Positions 52,194 to 62,187 of a stretch of DNA of 64,000 nt are shown here, one piece after another. The stretch is from contig OY762911.1 in NCBI GenBank assembly GCA_963666565.1, positions 352,001-416,000 of the forward strand, given 5' to 3'. The DNA comes from Thermoanaerobaculia bacterium. GTDB lineage: Bacteria > Acidobacteriota > Thermoanaerobaculia > Multivoradales > Multivoraceae. Both the position numbers and the translations under genes were made by a program. Position 1 is the first letter of the stretch, and each line of letters begins with the position of its first letter. The notes beneath the pieces are model-generated. The model was not told the origin of the DNA. It saw nothing but the letters and a program-made list of their open reading frames with translations, and searched no databases.

Positions 52194-52771
52194 GCCGCCG
52201 GCGGCGCGGCTGGCGCCTGCGCATCTGGTTCTGGGTCGGCGTGGGCCTGTTCGTCGTCAACGCCGCCCTGCTGTCGACCTACCGCGGCGTCTACGCCGGC
52301 CGCTTCCAGGCGCTGGAGGACGAGATCGCCCAGGTCGAGAACCTGCGCACCCGCGCCAGCCAGGAGGCGGCCCGCCGCGAAGGCCAGGTGACGACCGTGG
52401 AGGCGACCCGCAGCCAGGTGCGGACCCTTTACCGCGAGGGCTTCGCGACCGAGCGCGAACGGTTGACCGACCTGATCCGCGAGGTGAAGGAACTGGCCGA
52501 CCGCTCGGGGCTCCGCCCCGGTTCCATCTCCTACCCGGAGGCGACCCTGGAGCAGTACGGCCTGGTCGAGAAGTCCATCGCGTTCACGGTCGAGGGGAAC
52601 TACAGCCAGTTGCGGGGGCTGGTCAACCTGCTGGAGGTCACCGACACCTTCGTGACCCTCGAGTCGATCAGCCTGAGCGAAGCGACGCCGAACCTGCGCA
52701 TCGACCTCCGGCTGTCGACCCTGTTCTCGGGCGGCGAGCCCGCCGCAACCGAACCGGAGGCGGGCGGATGA
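52190..52771 (+). CDS. PilO/GspM-like protein
   Basis: N-terminal TM, coiled coil, VEGNYSQLRGLVNLLE; GTGA overlap. Confidence 0.7.
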   Translation: MSRRRRGWRLRIWFWVGVGLFVVNAALLSTYRGVYAGRFQALEDEIAQVENLRTRASQEAARREGQVTTVEATRSQVRTLYREGFATERERLTDLIREVKELADRSGLRPGSISYPEATLEQYGLVEKSIAFTVEGNYSQLRGLVNLLEVTDTFVTLESISLSEATPNLRIDLRLSTLFSGGEPAATEPEAGG

Positions 52772-53370
52772 GCGCCGCCCGGACCGGCGCCAGCCGGCCG
52801 AACCCGCTGCTGCTGGGCCTGCTCGGCGTCGTGGTGGCGGTCGCCGCCTGGCGCTTCCTGCCGTCCTTCGGCGGCGGCCCCGGCTTCACCCGCACGGAGT
52901 CCGGCGACCTGCGGTCGACGACGATCGACGTCGTCGAACTCGCCGCCTACACCCTCGACGAGCCGCCGCCGCCCAGCCGGCCGGCGCGGGACCCCTGGTC
53001 GTTCGGAAGCCGTCCCGCGCCCGAGCCGGCGGCGCCCGCGACCGCGGCGCCGCCGCCTCCCGAACCCGCGCGGCCGGCCGTTCCGGAAACGCCGGCGCCG
53101 ACGCCGGAACCCCCGGCGCCCAAGCCGGTCGGGCCGAGCCCGCCGCCGGTCGACGTCTTCTACATCGGGTCGTTCGGGCGGAACGACAATCCGATCGCCG
53201 TCTTCGTCGACTCCGAGAAGTCCATCTACAACGCATTCGAGGGCGACCTCGTCAAGGAGGCCTTCGAAGTGCAGAACATCGGCTACGAGTCGGTCGACCT
53301 GCTCTTCGTGGGCTTCCCCGACGAACCGCCGGTACGGCTCGCCATCGGCGGCCGGCCCAGCGGCAGCTAA
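52768..53370 (+). CDS. PilP/GspC-like membrane-anchored protein
   Basis: TM anchor, RDPW motif, Pro-rich linker, FYIGSFG beta domain; lies between PilO and secretin. Confidence 0.55.
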   Translation: MSAARTGASRPNPLLLGLLGVVVAVAAWRFLPSFGGGPGFTRTESGDLRSTTIDVVELAAYTLDEPPPPSRPARDPWSFGSRPAPEPAAPATAAPPPPEPARPAVPETPAPTPEPPAPKPVGPSPPPVDVFYIGSFGRNDNPIAVFVDSEKSIYNAFEGDLVKEAFEVQNIGYESVDLLFVGFPDEPPVRLAIGGRPSGS

Positions 53371-53383
53371 GGACCTGAACCAC

Positions 53384-55840
53384 ATGAACGAACACGATCC
53401 ACAGCCACGGCAGCGGCGGCGGCACGGTCTCCCGCTGGGACTGGCGCTGCTCCTCATCCTCGCTTCCTGCAGCGGTTACCGGAGCTTCCGGGAGGCGCAG
53501 CACGCGGAGCTCTCGGGCGACTGGGACACGGCCGTCCTGCGCTACATGGAACTGGTCACCGAGGACCCGGCGGACCTGCGCTACCGGGCCGGCCTGCTGC
53601 GGGCCAAGACCCAGGCGGCCCACGCCCACTTCGAGGCGGGCCGGAAGCTGCAGGAGGCCGGCCGCGACCGGGACGCGATGCTCGAGATGCAGCGGGCCGT
53701 CCAGCTCGATCCGACCAACCAGTACGCGCTTACCGAGCTGGAGAAGATCCGCACGAAGATCGAGACCAGCGGCCTCCAGCCCAGGACGATCTCCGAGATG
53801 AAGGACGACGCCCGCGCCGCGGAGCCGATGCCGCCGACACTCAGTCCGCTCTCGAGCGAACCGGTCAGCTTCGATTTCCCGAACGCGACCTTCATGGAGG
53901 TCTACCGCGCGATCGGGCAGGCCTTCGGGATCAACATCGTCTTCGACACGAGGCTGCGCGACGCGCCGGTGGGCCCGGAGGGCATCGAACTGCGCGACGT
54001 GACGGCGATCGAGGGCCTGGAGATCCTGATGCACAGCCTCGGCCACTTCTACCGCGTGCTCGACGAGCAGACGATCATGATTCTCCAGGACAACCAGCAG
54101 AACCGCCAGCGGTTCGAGGACCGGATCATCCAGACGTTCTTCCTCTCGAACTCGGACGTGAAGGACGTGATGACCATCCTGCGCAGCCTGCTGAACACGA
54201 GGTTCATCGCGACCAACGAGCGGCTGAACGCGATCGCCATGCTCGACAGCGTGGAGAAGGTCAAGATCGCGGAACGGCTGATCCAGCAAAACGACAAGGC
54301 GAAGGCGGAGGTCGTCGTGGACGTCGAGCTGCTCCAGATCAACACCTCGAAGCTGCAGCAGCTCGGGCTGTCGCTGGACACGAACCGCCTCGGCATCAGC
54401 CTCGACATCGGCGGCGAGGACGTGCCGCTCAGGATGTCGGACGTGGAGTCGCTGAACCAGAACAACTGGGTGCTGTCCGTGCCCGGCTTCCTGTTCGACT
54501 TCGTCAAGAACGCGACCGACGCGCAGACACTGGCCAAGCCGCAGGTGCGGATCACGGAGGGCGAGGAGGCCTCGTTCTCGATCGGCGACCGGGTGCCGAT
54601 CCCGGTGACCAGCTTCAACACCGCGAACACGGCCGGCAGCAACATCGTGCCGATCACCTCCTACCAGTACCAGAACGTCGGCATCGAGGTCGACATCACC
54701 CCGCGGGTGCATCACAACGAGGAGGTGTCCCTCGACCTGACGATCGAGGTCAGCAACATCAGCGGCCAGATCGAGAGCCAGCCGATCATCGGCAGCCGCA
54801 ACATCCAGACCAGCATCCGGCTGCGCGACGGCGAGACGAACTTCCTGGCCGGCCTGATCCGCACCTCCGAGACGAACGTCCAGGGCGGCATCCCCGGGCT
54901 GTCCGAGATTCCGGTGCTGGGCCGCCTGTTCTCGCGGCGCTCGACCGACAACGAGCGCACGGACATCGTGCTGACGCTGACTCCGCACATCATCCGGCGC
55001 GCGGACATCCGCGAGGAGGACCTCGCGCCCATCTGGGTCGGCACGGAGACGAACGTCCGGTACCGCGGATCGAGCCCGCGGATCGACTCCGGCGTCGACG
55101 GACCCTTCGACGAACCGGAAGAGGGCGACGCGCGCGACGAACTCCAGGACCGCCTGCCGCCGGGCCTGCGCGACGCCGCGCCGGAAGGCGAGCCGCCGCC
55201 GGGCGAGGAGGACGAGGGACCGCCGCTGGGCGTCGAGCTCGTGCCGCCGCCGCCGAGCGATCCGCCGCGCAACGCCGCCCTCCTCGACGGCCCCGGAGGT
55301 CGGCCGCTCGATCCCGGGCACGCGCTCGACCGTCTGCCGCGCGTCGTGCCGGCGGCGCTCCAGGCGCTGGCGGCGAGCGGTCCGGCCGGCGTCGAACTCA
55401 CCTTCGCACCGGAGGCGCTGCGCGCCGGCGTCGGCGACAGCTTCGAGGTGCGGCTCGACGTCCGGTCCCTCGCGCCCATCTCGCACCTGCCGCTGCGGCT
55501 CCGGTTCGACCCGGCGCTGATCGCGGTGACCGCGGTCCGGGCCGGGTCCTTCCTGGGCGGCGAGGAGGAGGTGTCGCTGATGACCGACGAGTCCTCTCCG
55601 GGCACGGTCGTCGTGGGGCTGAGCCGGCTGGGCGAGCGGCCCGGCGTGGCGGGCAGGGGACGCCTGCTGGCGCTCGAGGTGGAGGCCACGGGGCCCGGCC
55701 GCGCGACGATCGCCGTCGAGCGCGCAAGACCCAGGGGCCCGGCCCTGGAAGAGCTGACGCCGCCGGATGTCCGGCCGCTGGAGATCGAGATCCGGGACGA
55801 CCGGGTTCCGGACGACGAACCGGCGGAGACGGTTGCATGA
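53384..55840 (+). CDS. Secretin (GspD/PilQ family) lipoprotein with TPR-like N-terminus and C-terminal cohesin-like domain
   Basis: Lipobox LASC, FFLSNS, LAKPQVR, IGDRVPI, YQYQNVGI..ITPRVH, IPGLSEIPVLGRLF, LTPHIIR; C-terminal LRFDPAL...GSFL. Confidence 0.9.
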   Translation: MNEHDPQPRQRRRHGLPLGLALLLILASCSGYRSFREAQHAELSGDWDTAVLRYMELVTEDPADLRYRAGLLRAKTQAAHAHFEAGRKLQEAGRDRDAMLEMQRAVQLDPTNQYALTELEKIRTKIETSGLQPRTISEMKDDARAAEPMPPTLSPLSSEPVSFDFPNATFMEVYRAIGQAFGINIVFDTRLRDAPVGPEGIELRDVTAIEGLEILMHSLGHFYRVLDEQTIMILQDNQQNRQRFEDRIIQTFFLSNSDVKDVMTILRSLLNTRFIATNERLNAIAMLDSVEKVKIAERLIQQNDKAKAEVVVDVELLQINTSKLQQLGLSLDTNRLGISLDIGGEDVPLRMSDVESLNQNNWVLSVPGFLFDFVKNATDAQTLAKPQVRITEGEEASFSIGDRVPIPVTSFNTANTAGSNIVPITSYQYQNVGIEVDITPRVHHNEEVSLDLTIEVSNISGQIESQPIIGSRNIQTSIRLRDGETNFLAGLIRTSETNVQGGIPGLSEIPVLGRLFSRRSTDNERTDIVLTLTPHIIRRADIREEDLAPIWVGTETNVRYRGSSPRIDSGVDGPFDEPEEGDARDELQDRLPPGLRDAAPEGEPPPGEEDEGPPLGVELVPPPPSDPPRNAALLDGPGGRPLDPGHALDRLPRVVPAALQALAASGPAGVELTFAPEALRAGVGDSFEVRLDVRSLAPISHLPLRLRFDPALIAVTAVRAGSFLGGEEEVSLMTDESSPGTVVVGLSRLGERPGVAGRGRLLALEVEATGPGRATIAVERARPRGPALEELTPPDVRPLEIEIRDDRVPDDEPAETVA

Positions 55841-56307
55841 GCACGGAGCGCGCATGGCGCCGGGCCGGCTACACGCTGGTCGAGCTGGTCACGGTGAGCG
55901 CCGTGATGCTCGTCCTGGCCGCCGTCGCCCTGCCGACCGCGACCTTCACGAACAAGCGGATCAAGGAGGCGGAACTGCGCTCCCACCTGCGCAAGATGCG
56001 CAACGCGATCGACGAACACAAGCGCTACAGCGACATCGGGCTCATCCCCATCGAGATCGGCACGGACGGCTATCCCGCCGAGCTCGAGAAGCTGGTGGAG
56101 CCGATCCAGCTCATCGGTCAGGCCGAGGGCGAGATCCGCTTCCTCCGCCGCATCCCCGTCGACCCGATGACCGGCGAAGAGGACTGGGGCCTGCGGAGCT
56201 ACCAGGACGACCCGGACGACAGCTCCTGGGGAGGCGAGAACGTCTACGACGTGTACTCGCTGAGCGACGGCGTCGGCCTGAACCGCGTGCCATACGAGGA
56301 GTGGTGA
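55837..56307 (+). CDS. Pseudopilin (GspG-like)
   Basis: Class III signal G|YTLVEL, KEAELR, RRIPVDPMTG, VYDVYS. Confidence 0.88.
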   Translation: MSTERAWRRAGYTLVELVTVSAVMLVLAAVALPTATFTNKRIKEAELRSHLRKMRNAIDEHKRYSDIGLIPIEIGTDGYPAELEKLVEPIQLIGQAEGEIRFLRRIPVDPMTGEEDWGLRSYQDDPDDSSWGGENVYDVYSLSDGVGLNRVPYEEW

Positions 56308-56308
56308 C

Positions 56309-56824
56309 ATGAAGGAACGCATCTCGGCGGCCCATGGCGAAAGTCGCGCTGCATTCGAGGGACCACGCATCCCGCCCGGCATCGTCGCTCTTCGGTCGAC
56401 CATGACCCGCCAGCGCGGCATGTCCCTGCTGGAACTCATCATCGTCATGGCGATCATCGGCATCCTGGCCGCGGTCGCCGTGCCGCTGCTGAAGAACGCG
56501 CCGCGCCGCGCGCAGGAGGCGGCGCTCAAGCAGAACCTCCGCGTCATGCGCGACGCGATCGAGCAGCACCACGCCGACAAGGGCCACTACCCGCCGAGCC
56601 TGCAGGCGCTCGTCGAGGAGGAATACCTGCGGGCCATCCCGCCCGACCCGATCACCCGCAGCCCCGAGACCTGGGTCGAGGTCTTCGCCGAGTACCCGTC
56701 CGCTGCCGACGAAGACCCCTGGGCCGAGACCGACCTGTCGCCCTTCGGGGATCCCGGCATAGAGGACGTCCACTCCGGTTCGGAGGAGAATTCGCTGAAC
56801 GGGGAGGCCTATGCCGACTGGTGA
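56309..56824 (+). CDS. Pseudopilin (GspG-like)
   Basis: G|MSLLELIIVMAIIGILAA, DKGHYP.SL..LV, YLRAIP.DP; true start may be 56402. Confidence 0.88.
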   Translation: MKERISAAHGESRAAFEGPRIPPGIVALRSTMTRQRGMSLLELIIVMAIIGILAAVAVPLLKNAPRRAQEAALKQNLRVMRDAIEQHHADKGHYPPSLQALVEEEYLRAIPPDPITRSPETWVEVFAEYPSAADEDPWAETDLSPFGDPGIEDVHSGSEENSLNGEAYADW

Positions 56825-57539
56825 CCGGGCGGCGCGCAGCGAGCGGATCCCGGTCCGCGATGCGGAGGCCGGCTACAACCTGGTGGCGCTCGCCGTCCTC
56901 ATCACGGTGATGAACATCGCGGTGGCGGCGGCCCTGCCCTACTGGAGCAGTTGGGCCCAGCGCCAGAAGGAGGAGGAGCTCGTCTTCCGCGGCCTGCAGT
57001 ACGCCGAGGCGATCCGCATCTTCCGCGTCCGCCAGGGACGCCTGCCGACGGCGCTCGAGGAGCTCGTCGAGGTGCAGCCGCGGGCTATCCGCCAGTTGTG
57101 GACGAACCCGATGGCCGAGGACGGCCGCTGGGGCCTGCTGATGCAGGGCGCGCCGGCCGGCGCCGGCGAGGGCCGCGCCAGGAGCGGCGGCGCCCAGCCG
57201 GCGACGAATGCCGCGGCAGCCGCCGCGGCCGGCGTCGGCGGATCGATGACCGCGGTGCCTCCGCCGAACGAGGAGGAAGGCGAAGGCCCCGTCGTCGGAC
57301 CCATCCTGGGGGTCTACAGCGCCACGCCCGGTCCCTCCATGAAGGTGTGGAACGGCCAGGAGGACATCGAGAACTGGTACTTCACCAGCGAACTGATCCA
57401 GCTCCGGCCCGGCAACGCCGCCGACGGACGGCCGCCGCCGCGGCTCACCAGCGAGTGGATCGGCAAGCCGTTCCCGCCGGGCGTGCTCGGCGGTCCGGAA
57501 ACGCAGGACGGTTCGGCCCCCGGCGCGGAGGGCCGTTGA
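56811..57539 (+). CDS. Minor pseudopilin lacking Glu5
   Basis: G|YNLVAL hydrophobic helix, [22 protein letters not shown]. Confidence 0.75.
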   Translation: MPTGDRAARSERIPVRDAEAGYNLVALAVLITVMNIAVAAALPYWSSWAQRQKEEELVFRGLQYAEAIRIFRVRQGRLPTALEELVEVQPRAIRQLWTNPMAEDGRWGLLMQGAPAGAGEGRARSGGAQPATNAAAAAAAGVGGSMTAVPPPNEEEGEGPVVGPILGVYSATPGPSMKVWNGQEDIENWYFTSELIQLRPGNAADGRPPPRLTSEWIGKPFPPGVLGGPETQDGSAPGAEGR

Positions 57540-57618
57540 GCGGACGGGACGACTCGGTGCCGGGCGAGGAGAGCCGCGGGGCGGGCAGGACGGCTCGGCT
57601 GCAGGTGGCGGGGGGCCG

Positions 57619-57760
57619 TTGAGCGAGCACGACGGCTCGGCTGCCGGCGGCGGGAAGCCGTTGAGCGAGCACGACGGCTCGGCTGCCGGCGGCGGGAAGC
57701 CGTTGAGCGAGCACGACGGCTCGGCTGCCGGCGGCGGGGGGCCGTTGAGCGAGCAGGACG
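57619..57760 (+). repeat. Tandem 42-bp repeat, 3 units plus a partial fourth
   Basis: TTGAGCGAGCACGACGGCTCGGCTGCCGGCGGCGGGRRGCCG at 57619, 57661, 57703; partial at 57745. Confidence 0.9.
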
Positions 57761-58209
57761 CCGTCGACGTCCGGGTTCGCCTGCTGCCGCACGCGGCCGG
57801 CCTGCCGGAGCGGGCTTCCGCCGGGAGCGCCGGCTACGACCTGCGCGCCGCGACGTCGGAGCCGGTCCGGATCGAGCCCGGCACGCGCCGCCTGATCCCG
57901 ACCGGGCTTGTCCTCGGCCTGCCGCCGGGCCACGAGGCGCAGATCCGGCCGCGCAGCGGCCTCGCGTTCCGCCAGGGCCTCACCGTGCTGAACGCCCCCG
58001 GCACGATCGACAGCGACTACCGGGGCGAGGTGAAGCTGCTGCTCGTCAACCTGGGACACGAACCCATCACCGTCCAACGCGGCGAGCGGCTGGCGCAGAT
58101 GGTCGTCGCCGCCGTTCCCGAGATCGCGTTCCGCGAGGACGACGCGCTGGGCGCGCGGCCGGCGGCGGGAGGCCGGAACGACGGCGGTTTCGGCTCCACC
58201 GGCACCTGA
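57745..58209 (+). CDS. dut: dUTP diphosphatase
   Basis: [46 protein letters not shown]; alternative in-frame TTG starts at 57619/57661/57703. Confidence 0.95.
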   Translation: MSEQDAVDVRVRLLPHAAGLPERASAGSAGYDLRAATSEPVRIEPGTRRLIPTGLVLGLPPGHEAQIRPRSGLAFRQGLTVLNAPGTIDSDYRGEVKLLLVNLGHEPITVQRGERLAQMVVAAVPEIAFREDDALGARPAAGGRNDGGFGSTGT

Positions 58210-58213
58210 CTGG

Positions 58214-58239
58214 CTGGGTGCGCGGGTCTTCCGACCTGC
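58214..58239 (+). repeat. REP-like palindrome
   Basis: CTGGGTGCGCGGGTCTTCCGACCTGC right after the dut stop; 3' flank TGCCGCCGGAGGCGGCCG is shared with a degenerate copy near 45305-45345. Confidence 0.75.
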
Positions 58240-58332
58240 TGCCGCCGGAGGCGGCCGGAAAGACGCGCCGGCCTTTGGCCGGCGGCCCTGTCGTCCGGTC
58301 CCTCAACTTCTGGTGCGCCATCTCGCCCACGA

Positions 58333-60492
58333 TCACGGTTCCCTCGGGCGGCACGCCTCGCGAAAGGCGGACGTATCCTGGAAGGCATCGGGCTCGCCCG
58401 GCGCCTTCGCATAGCGGCGTTCCACACCCGTTCGCACATCGTGCACCACCAGGTCGAGTTGAAGGTCGGTCGCGGAAGCCGCGGAAACCCAATGGTGGCC
58501 GTTGACTTCGCAGCCGTTCAGCACCTTCACCAGCACCTCCCAGTTCGCCGCCGTGAAGAAGGAGAAGACACCGGCTTCCGCTGTTCGTGCGTCGGAAACG
58601 AGCGCGGCGGCGCTTCCGCCGTCCGGCGCCGACCAGTCGAGCGTCACGCGATAGCGACCGTCCTGCAGGCACAGCGCGGTCGGCGCCGGCTCGCAAACCG
58701 GCCCCGCCGGCCGCGACTCGTAACTCCGGATGGCCGCGACCTGGAGTTCCCAGCGGCTCGCGGGCGCTTCCCGCATGCTGAGGCGCTTCGGACCAAAATG
58801 GTCCAGAACCCAATCGCGGCCCGCAGCGTCGAACGGCATCCACACATCGGGAGCGACCCGAAGGGCATACGCGCCCCGCGCGAGAGCCTCTTCTTCCCTG
58901 GTCGCGGATGGAAGCACCATGATGTTCACGCCACGCTCCTCAAGGACGTAACCCGGCGGCGGCGTTCGGTCGTGGGCCATCAGTCGCTCGCTGTTAGGCC
59001 GCACCACCGGGTTGCGCGCCACCACCCCGTCCACCAGACCATGTCCGTCCACGACCCTCAGATCCGGCAGGTAGTAGGACTGGATGCCCAGGGCGCCGGT
59101 CGCCGTCACGGCGTCCGCTGGAAACGCGCCCCGTTCCAGGTGGCGGTAGTCCGCCCATTCCTTCAGCTTGAGTTTGGCGGCCTCCCGGTGTTCCGCGAAG
59201 CGCAGTCCCACCAGTTGCCGCGTCATTCGGCCGCGAAGCTCGTTCGAGATCGAGGCGAGAACCCTCATGCCGGGTGCCGCCAGCAGCCAACCCGCGTTCT
59301 CTGGATTCACTTCCGGGTGGAACCGCTCCTGATAGTCGCCGATGCCAGCGCCCTGGAACAGCAGGTGGCCCTGCAGCGCACCGGCGTAGAAGAGTGTCGG
59401 TACGAACAGGACGACGGCACAGACGCCGGGAACCGGCCGCAGGTTCATGGCCCGCGCCGACCGGATCCGGCGCAGCAGGTCTGCCGCCGCGGAACCGAGA
59501 TGAACGATCCCCGACGCCGCCGGAACCGCCAGCAGCGGCCAGTAGAAGTCCAGTGGCCGGTACTCGAAGTAGTCCCCGCCGAGCCGGAACACGTAGGCCA
59601 TGTGCGGCAAGATGCATGCGAACGGTAGTGCGAGGCGAAGATCGCCGCGCTCCCGCCACGCGCGTCGCATGGCCACGACCGCCAGCGGCATCAGCAGATA
59701 GAGCCCGGTCTCTATCGCCGCGGCCCACAGGTAGTTGAAGCCGGACTCGTACCAGGGCCGAACGTGTTTGGCGTAGTAAGTGTTCGGCAGCCACTCGCCG
59801 TAGTAGCCGTACCGGAACAGGAACTGCGCCCCGACGAAGGCGACGAACGGCAGGATGAGCCAACCCAGCTCCCTGAGAGCGACCCGGGACCGTTCGGCAG
59901 CGAGGCTCCGCTGCACCACGAACCAGCCGAAGCAACAAGCTGCGATCAAGAGTCCCTCCGGCCGCGTGTACGCCGCTGCCACGAGGCTGAGCGAAACGCC
60001 CAGCAGCCCCCGGCGACTGTCGGAGCGGACGCTCAGGAACACGACCGCCAGCACGACGAAGAAAGTGAACTGCCGCGTCTCCAGTCCGCCGCCCGAAGTC
60101 CACACCGCAAAGGTGGCACTGGTGCACAGGAGGCCCAGCGCCATCCAGATCACGAGTCCGCGCCGCCGGAGTCCAGGGAGCAAGGCCGTCCACCAGGCGG
60201 TTGCCGCCAGCGTGCCGATCGTGCAAAGCACGGACAGCCAAGGCGCGACATGCTCGGGGCGCAGCCCGAAGACCTTCCAGAGGGCCGTCAGCTTGAGCAC
60301 CCACAGGAGGTTCGTGTAGCCCTCCACCCGCTCTCCGGGATTGAAGACGAGGCCGCGTCCCTCCACCAGATTGCGGACGTACCGAAAGCTGATGAAGGCG
60401 TCGTCGCACAAGAACCAGGCCGCCGACGCCAGCCAAGCCAGCAGCACCAGCCAGAGCAAGTTGCCGCCGAGAAGCGCAAGCCTCCGCGCCAT
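58333..60492 (-). CDS. Polytopic GT-C-type glycosyltransferase (arabinofuranosyltransferase-like) with C-terminal Cys-containing beta domain
   Basis: DDAFISFRY..NL..G.GLVFNPGERVEGYTN.LW, GLET, TRPEG, YYGEWLPNTYYAK, GGDYF..R, DGHGLVD; start may be 60501 or 60522. Confidence 0.75.
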   Translation of the reverse strand: MARRLALLGGNLLWLVLLAWLASAAWFLCDDAFISFRYVRNLVEGRGLVFNPGERVEGYTNLLWVLKLTALWKVFGLRPEHVAPWLSVLCTIGTLAATAWWTALLPGLRRRGLVIWMALGLLCTSATFAVWTSGGGLETRQFTFFVVLAVVFLSVRSDSRRGLLGVSLSLVAAAYTRPEGLLIAACCFGWFVVQRSLAAERSRVALRELGWLILPFVAFVGAQFLFRYGYYGEWLPNTYYAKHVRPWYESGFNYLWAAAIETGLYLLMPLAVVAMRRAWRERGDLRLALPFACILPHMAYVFRLGGDYFEYRPLDFYWPLLAVPAASGIVHLGSAAADLLRRIRSARAMNLRPVPGVCAVVLFVPTLFYAGALQGHLLFQGAGIGDYQERFHPEVNPENAGWLLAAPGMRVLASISNELRGRMTRQLVGLRFAEHREAAKLKLKEWADYRHLERGAFPADAVTATGALGIQSYYLPDLRVVDGHGLVDGVVARNPVVRPNSERLMAHDRTPPPGYVLEERGVNIMVLPSATREEEALARGAYALRVAPDVWMPFDAAGRDWVLDHFGPKRLSMREAPASRWELQVAAIRSYESRPAGPVCEPAPTALCLQDGRYRVTLDWSAPDGGSAAALVSDARTAEAGVFSFFTAANWEVLVKVLNGCEVNGHHWVSAASATDLQLDLVVHDVRTGVERRYAKAPGEPDAFQDTSAFREACRPREP

Positions 60493-60612
60493 GACGTGCA
60501 TGCTCCGTCGACGGCTTCGCAAACTGACCTCGCGAGAACTCCGCAGGATGCCGTGCGACCCTATCGATTCGTACGAACCAGAACCACTGCCGTTTTCGCG
60601 TCAATGCCGAAG

Positions 60613-62187
60613 TCAGATTCTCCCTGTGCAGAGTTCTGCCACGCCGACACCTCGGTTAGGCGACAAACCAAGCCGCGATTCCGCCCTCTGTGCCGACGAA
60701 ACTGCCGCTACATCCGGTTCCAACCAGCCGTGCTTCTCCAGAATGCGGCGAGCCTTCGGGAATCGCTCCGTCGACCAGAACTCGAACACGCCATCGAGAA
60801 TGCCGCGAGAAACAGTGTCCAGCCGCTCCACTAGAGCGAGAGTCTCCTCTAATTCCTCGCCAATCGACGAAATCAGACGTCGAGCCCGTAGCGCCGCATC
60901 GGACGAGCCTCCTGGAACCGACGCGACATCAACATCGAACCGCGCCAGAACGCCGCACTGAAGTTCCACTTCTTCCACCAGCCCGGCGAGCGACTTCAAC
61001 ACGCGCGCACCGACATCCGCCTCGATCGAACGCAAGGACGGATCGTCCGGCCCGGCATACAGCAGATTCAGTTTCTCGAAACAGGCGCCCTCGAGCGACC
61101 CACAGTAGAGGTCGAAGACCCGCCTCCCGGTTTCCTCGGCCAAGGGCCGCTCATTCGCCAAGAGCGCCACTGCAGCCTCAAAGCCGTCGGAAGGGGGACA
61201 CGGCCCGGGCCGGCAGATGTCACGAGGCCCAAGCTCCGTCGTCGCTTCTGCCGTCAGAGCCAAGGCCACGCGCCGAACCCCGAGCGGGAGTACTCGGCCC
61301 TCGACCGGAAGACCGGACTCGCCGAGTTCATAGCGCGCTATGCCCATACCGAACAGGTTCCAAGGTGCCTCGACCCCAACCACCTCCGCCGGAAGACCTC
61401 GAGCCTCCCGGACCTTCACCCAGTTCGCCCAAGCCGCTGCACGCGTCTCTTCGGTGCCCCACTCCTTCTGCAAGAAGGCGAGGCCTTGAAGGAGTAGGCC
61501 GAGCACTTCATCGGAACCGATCGTGCCCGCACGCCGCCTTCGGTCGTACTCTTCCTCCAGGATCTCGGGCAAAGCCGCCTGGACCCGCCTCATCTGACTC
61601 GCGAACACGAGTGCCAAGCGCCTAGCCTCGTTCTCCGTCACGGATTCCGGCAACTCGGCGAGCAGTCCGTCGCCAGCTGCCCTGCTGCGTAGAGTCTCCA
61701 TGGTCGGAATCCAGTCCTCAAAGTTGCCGAGCAAGCCCTGAAAGGCACCCTTCACGTCTTCTGCGGACCTGTGAGTTTCCGCCGCGAACTCGATCCTCTC
61801 CGGGCTTGGGTAGAGCGGGATCAAGAACACGACAAACTGGCTAACGGCCTCACGTGCTTCAGGACGGCCCCTCGCCAGAACTTCCGTAAACCACGCTGCA
61901 ACGTCCACGTCCTCTCGAAAGAACGCTCCGACCGAATCGACCGGCCACTCGCCATCGAACGGACCGTAGAGCGCGGTCCCCAGCTCCCGCAAGGCCGCCT
62001 CCACGGTCGCCGCATCCTCGGATAGAACATCCCGGAGCACCCACTCGCTAGCCGCGGCACCTCCTGGCGAAGGCGTCATGGACGTCAACAGGACGACCAT
62101 TATGACCTCACGTATCCATGCACGCCTGGGCACCCTCAGGCCAGCCCATGACCCCCGCCGCAGACTCCCTTCTATCGTTGGCCACAT
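60613..62187 (-). CDS. Hypothetical, probably exported, helical protein
   Basis: Long ORF with atypical codon usage; AAGGAGG 6 nt before ATG 62187; signal-peptide-like segment; overlaps the end of the upstream gene. Confidence 0.65.
   Translation of the reverse strand: MWPTIEGSLRRGSWAGLRVPRRAWIREVIMVVLLTSMTPSPGGAAASEWVLRDVLSEDAATVEAALRELGTALYGPFDGEWPVDSVGAFFREDVDVAAWFTEVLARGRPEAREAVSQFVVFLIPLYPSPERIEFAAETHRSAEDVKGAFQGLLGNFEDWIPTMETLRSRAAGDGLLAELPESVTENEARRLALVFASQMRRVQAALPEILEEEYDRRRRAGTIGSDEVLGLLLQGLAFLQKEWGTEETRAAAWANWVKVREARGLPAEVVGVEAPWNLFGMGIARYELGESGLPVEGRVLPLGVRRVALALTAEATTELGPRDICRPGPCPPSDGFEAAVALLANERPLAEETGRRVFDLYCGSLEGACFEKLNLLYAGPDDPSLRSIEADVGARVLKSLAGLVEEVELQCGVLARFDVDVASVPGGSSDAALRARRLISSIGEELEETLALVERLDTVSRGILDGVFEFWSTERFPKARRILEKHGWLEPDVAAVSSAQRAESRLGLSPNRGVGVAELCTGRI

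Noticed and set aside
57619-57760. 42-bp repeats as a CRISPR array
   Set aside because: No spacers; in-frame tandem duplication at the dut start
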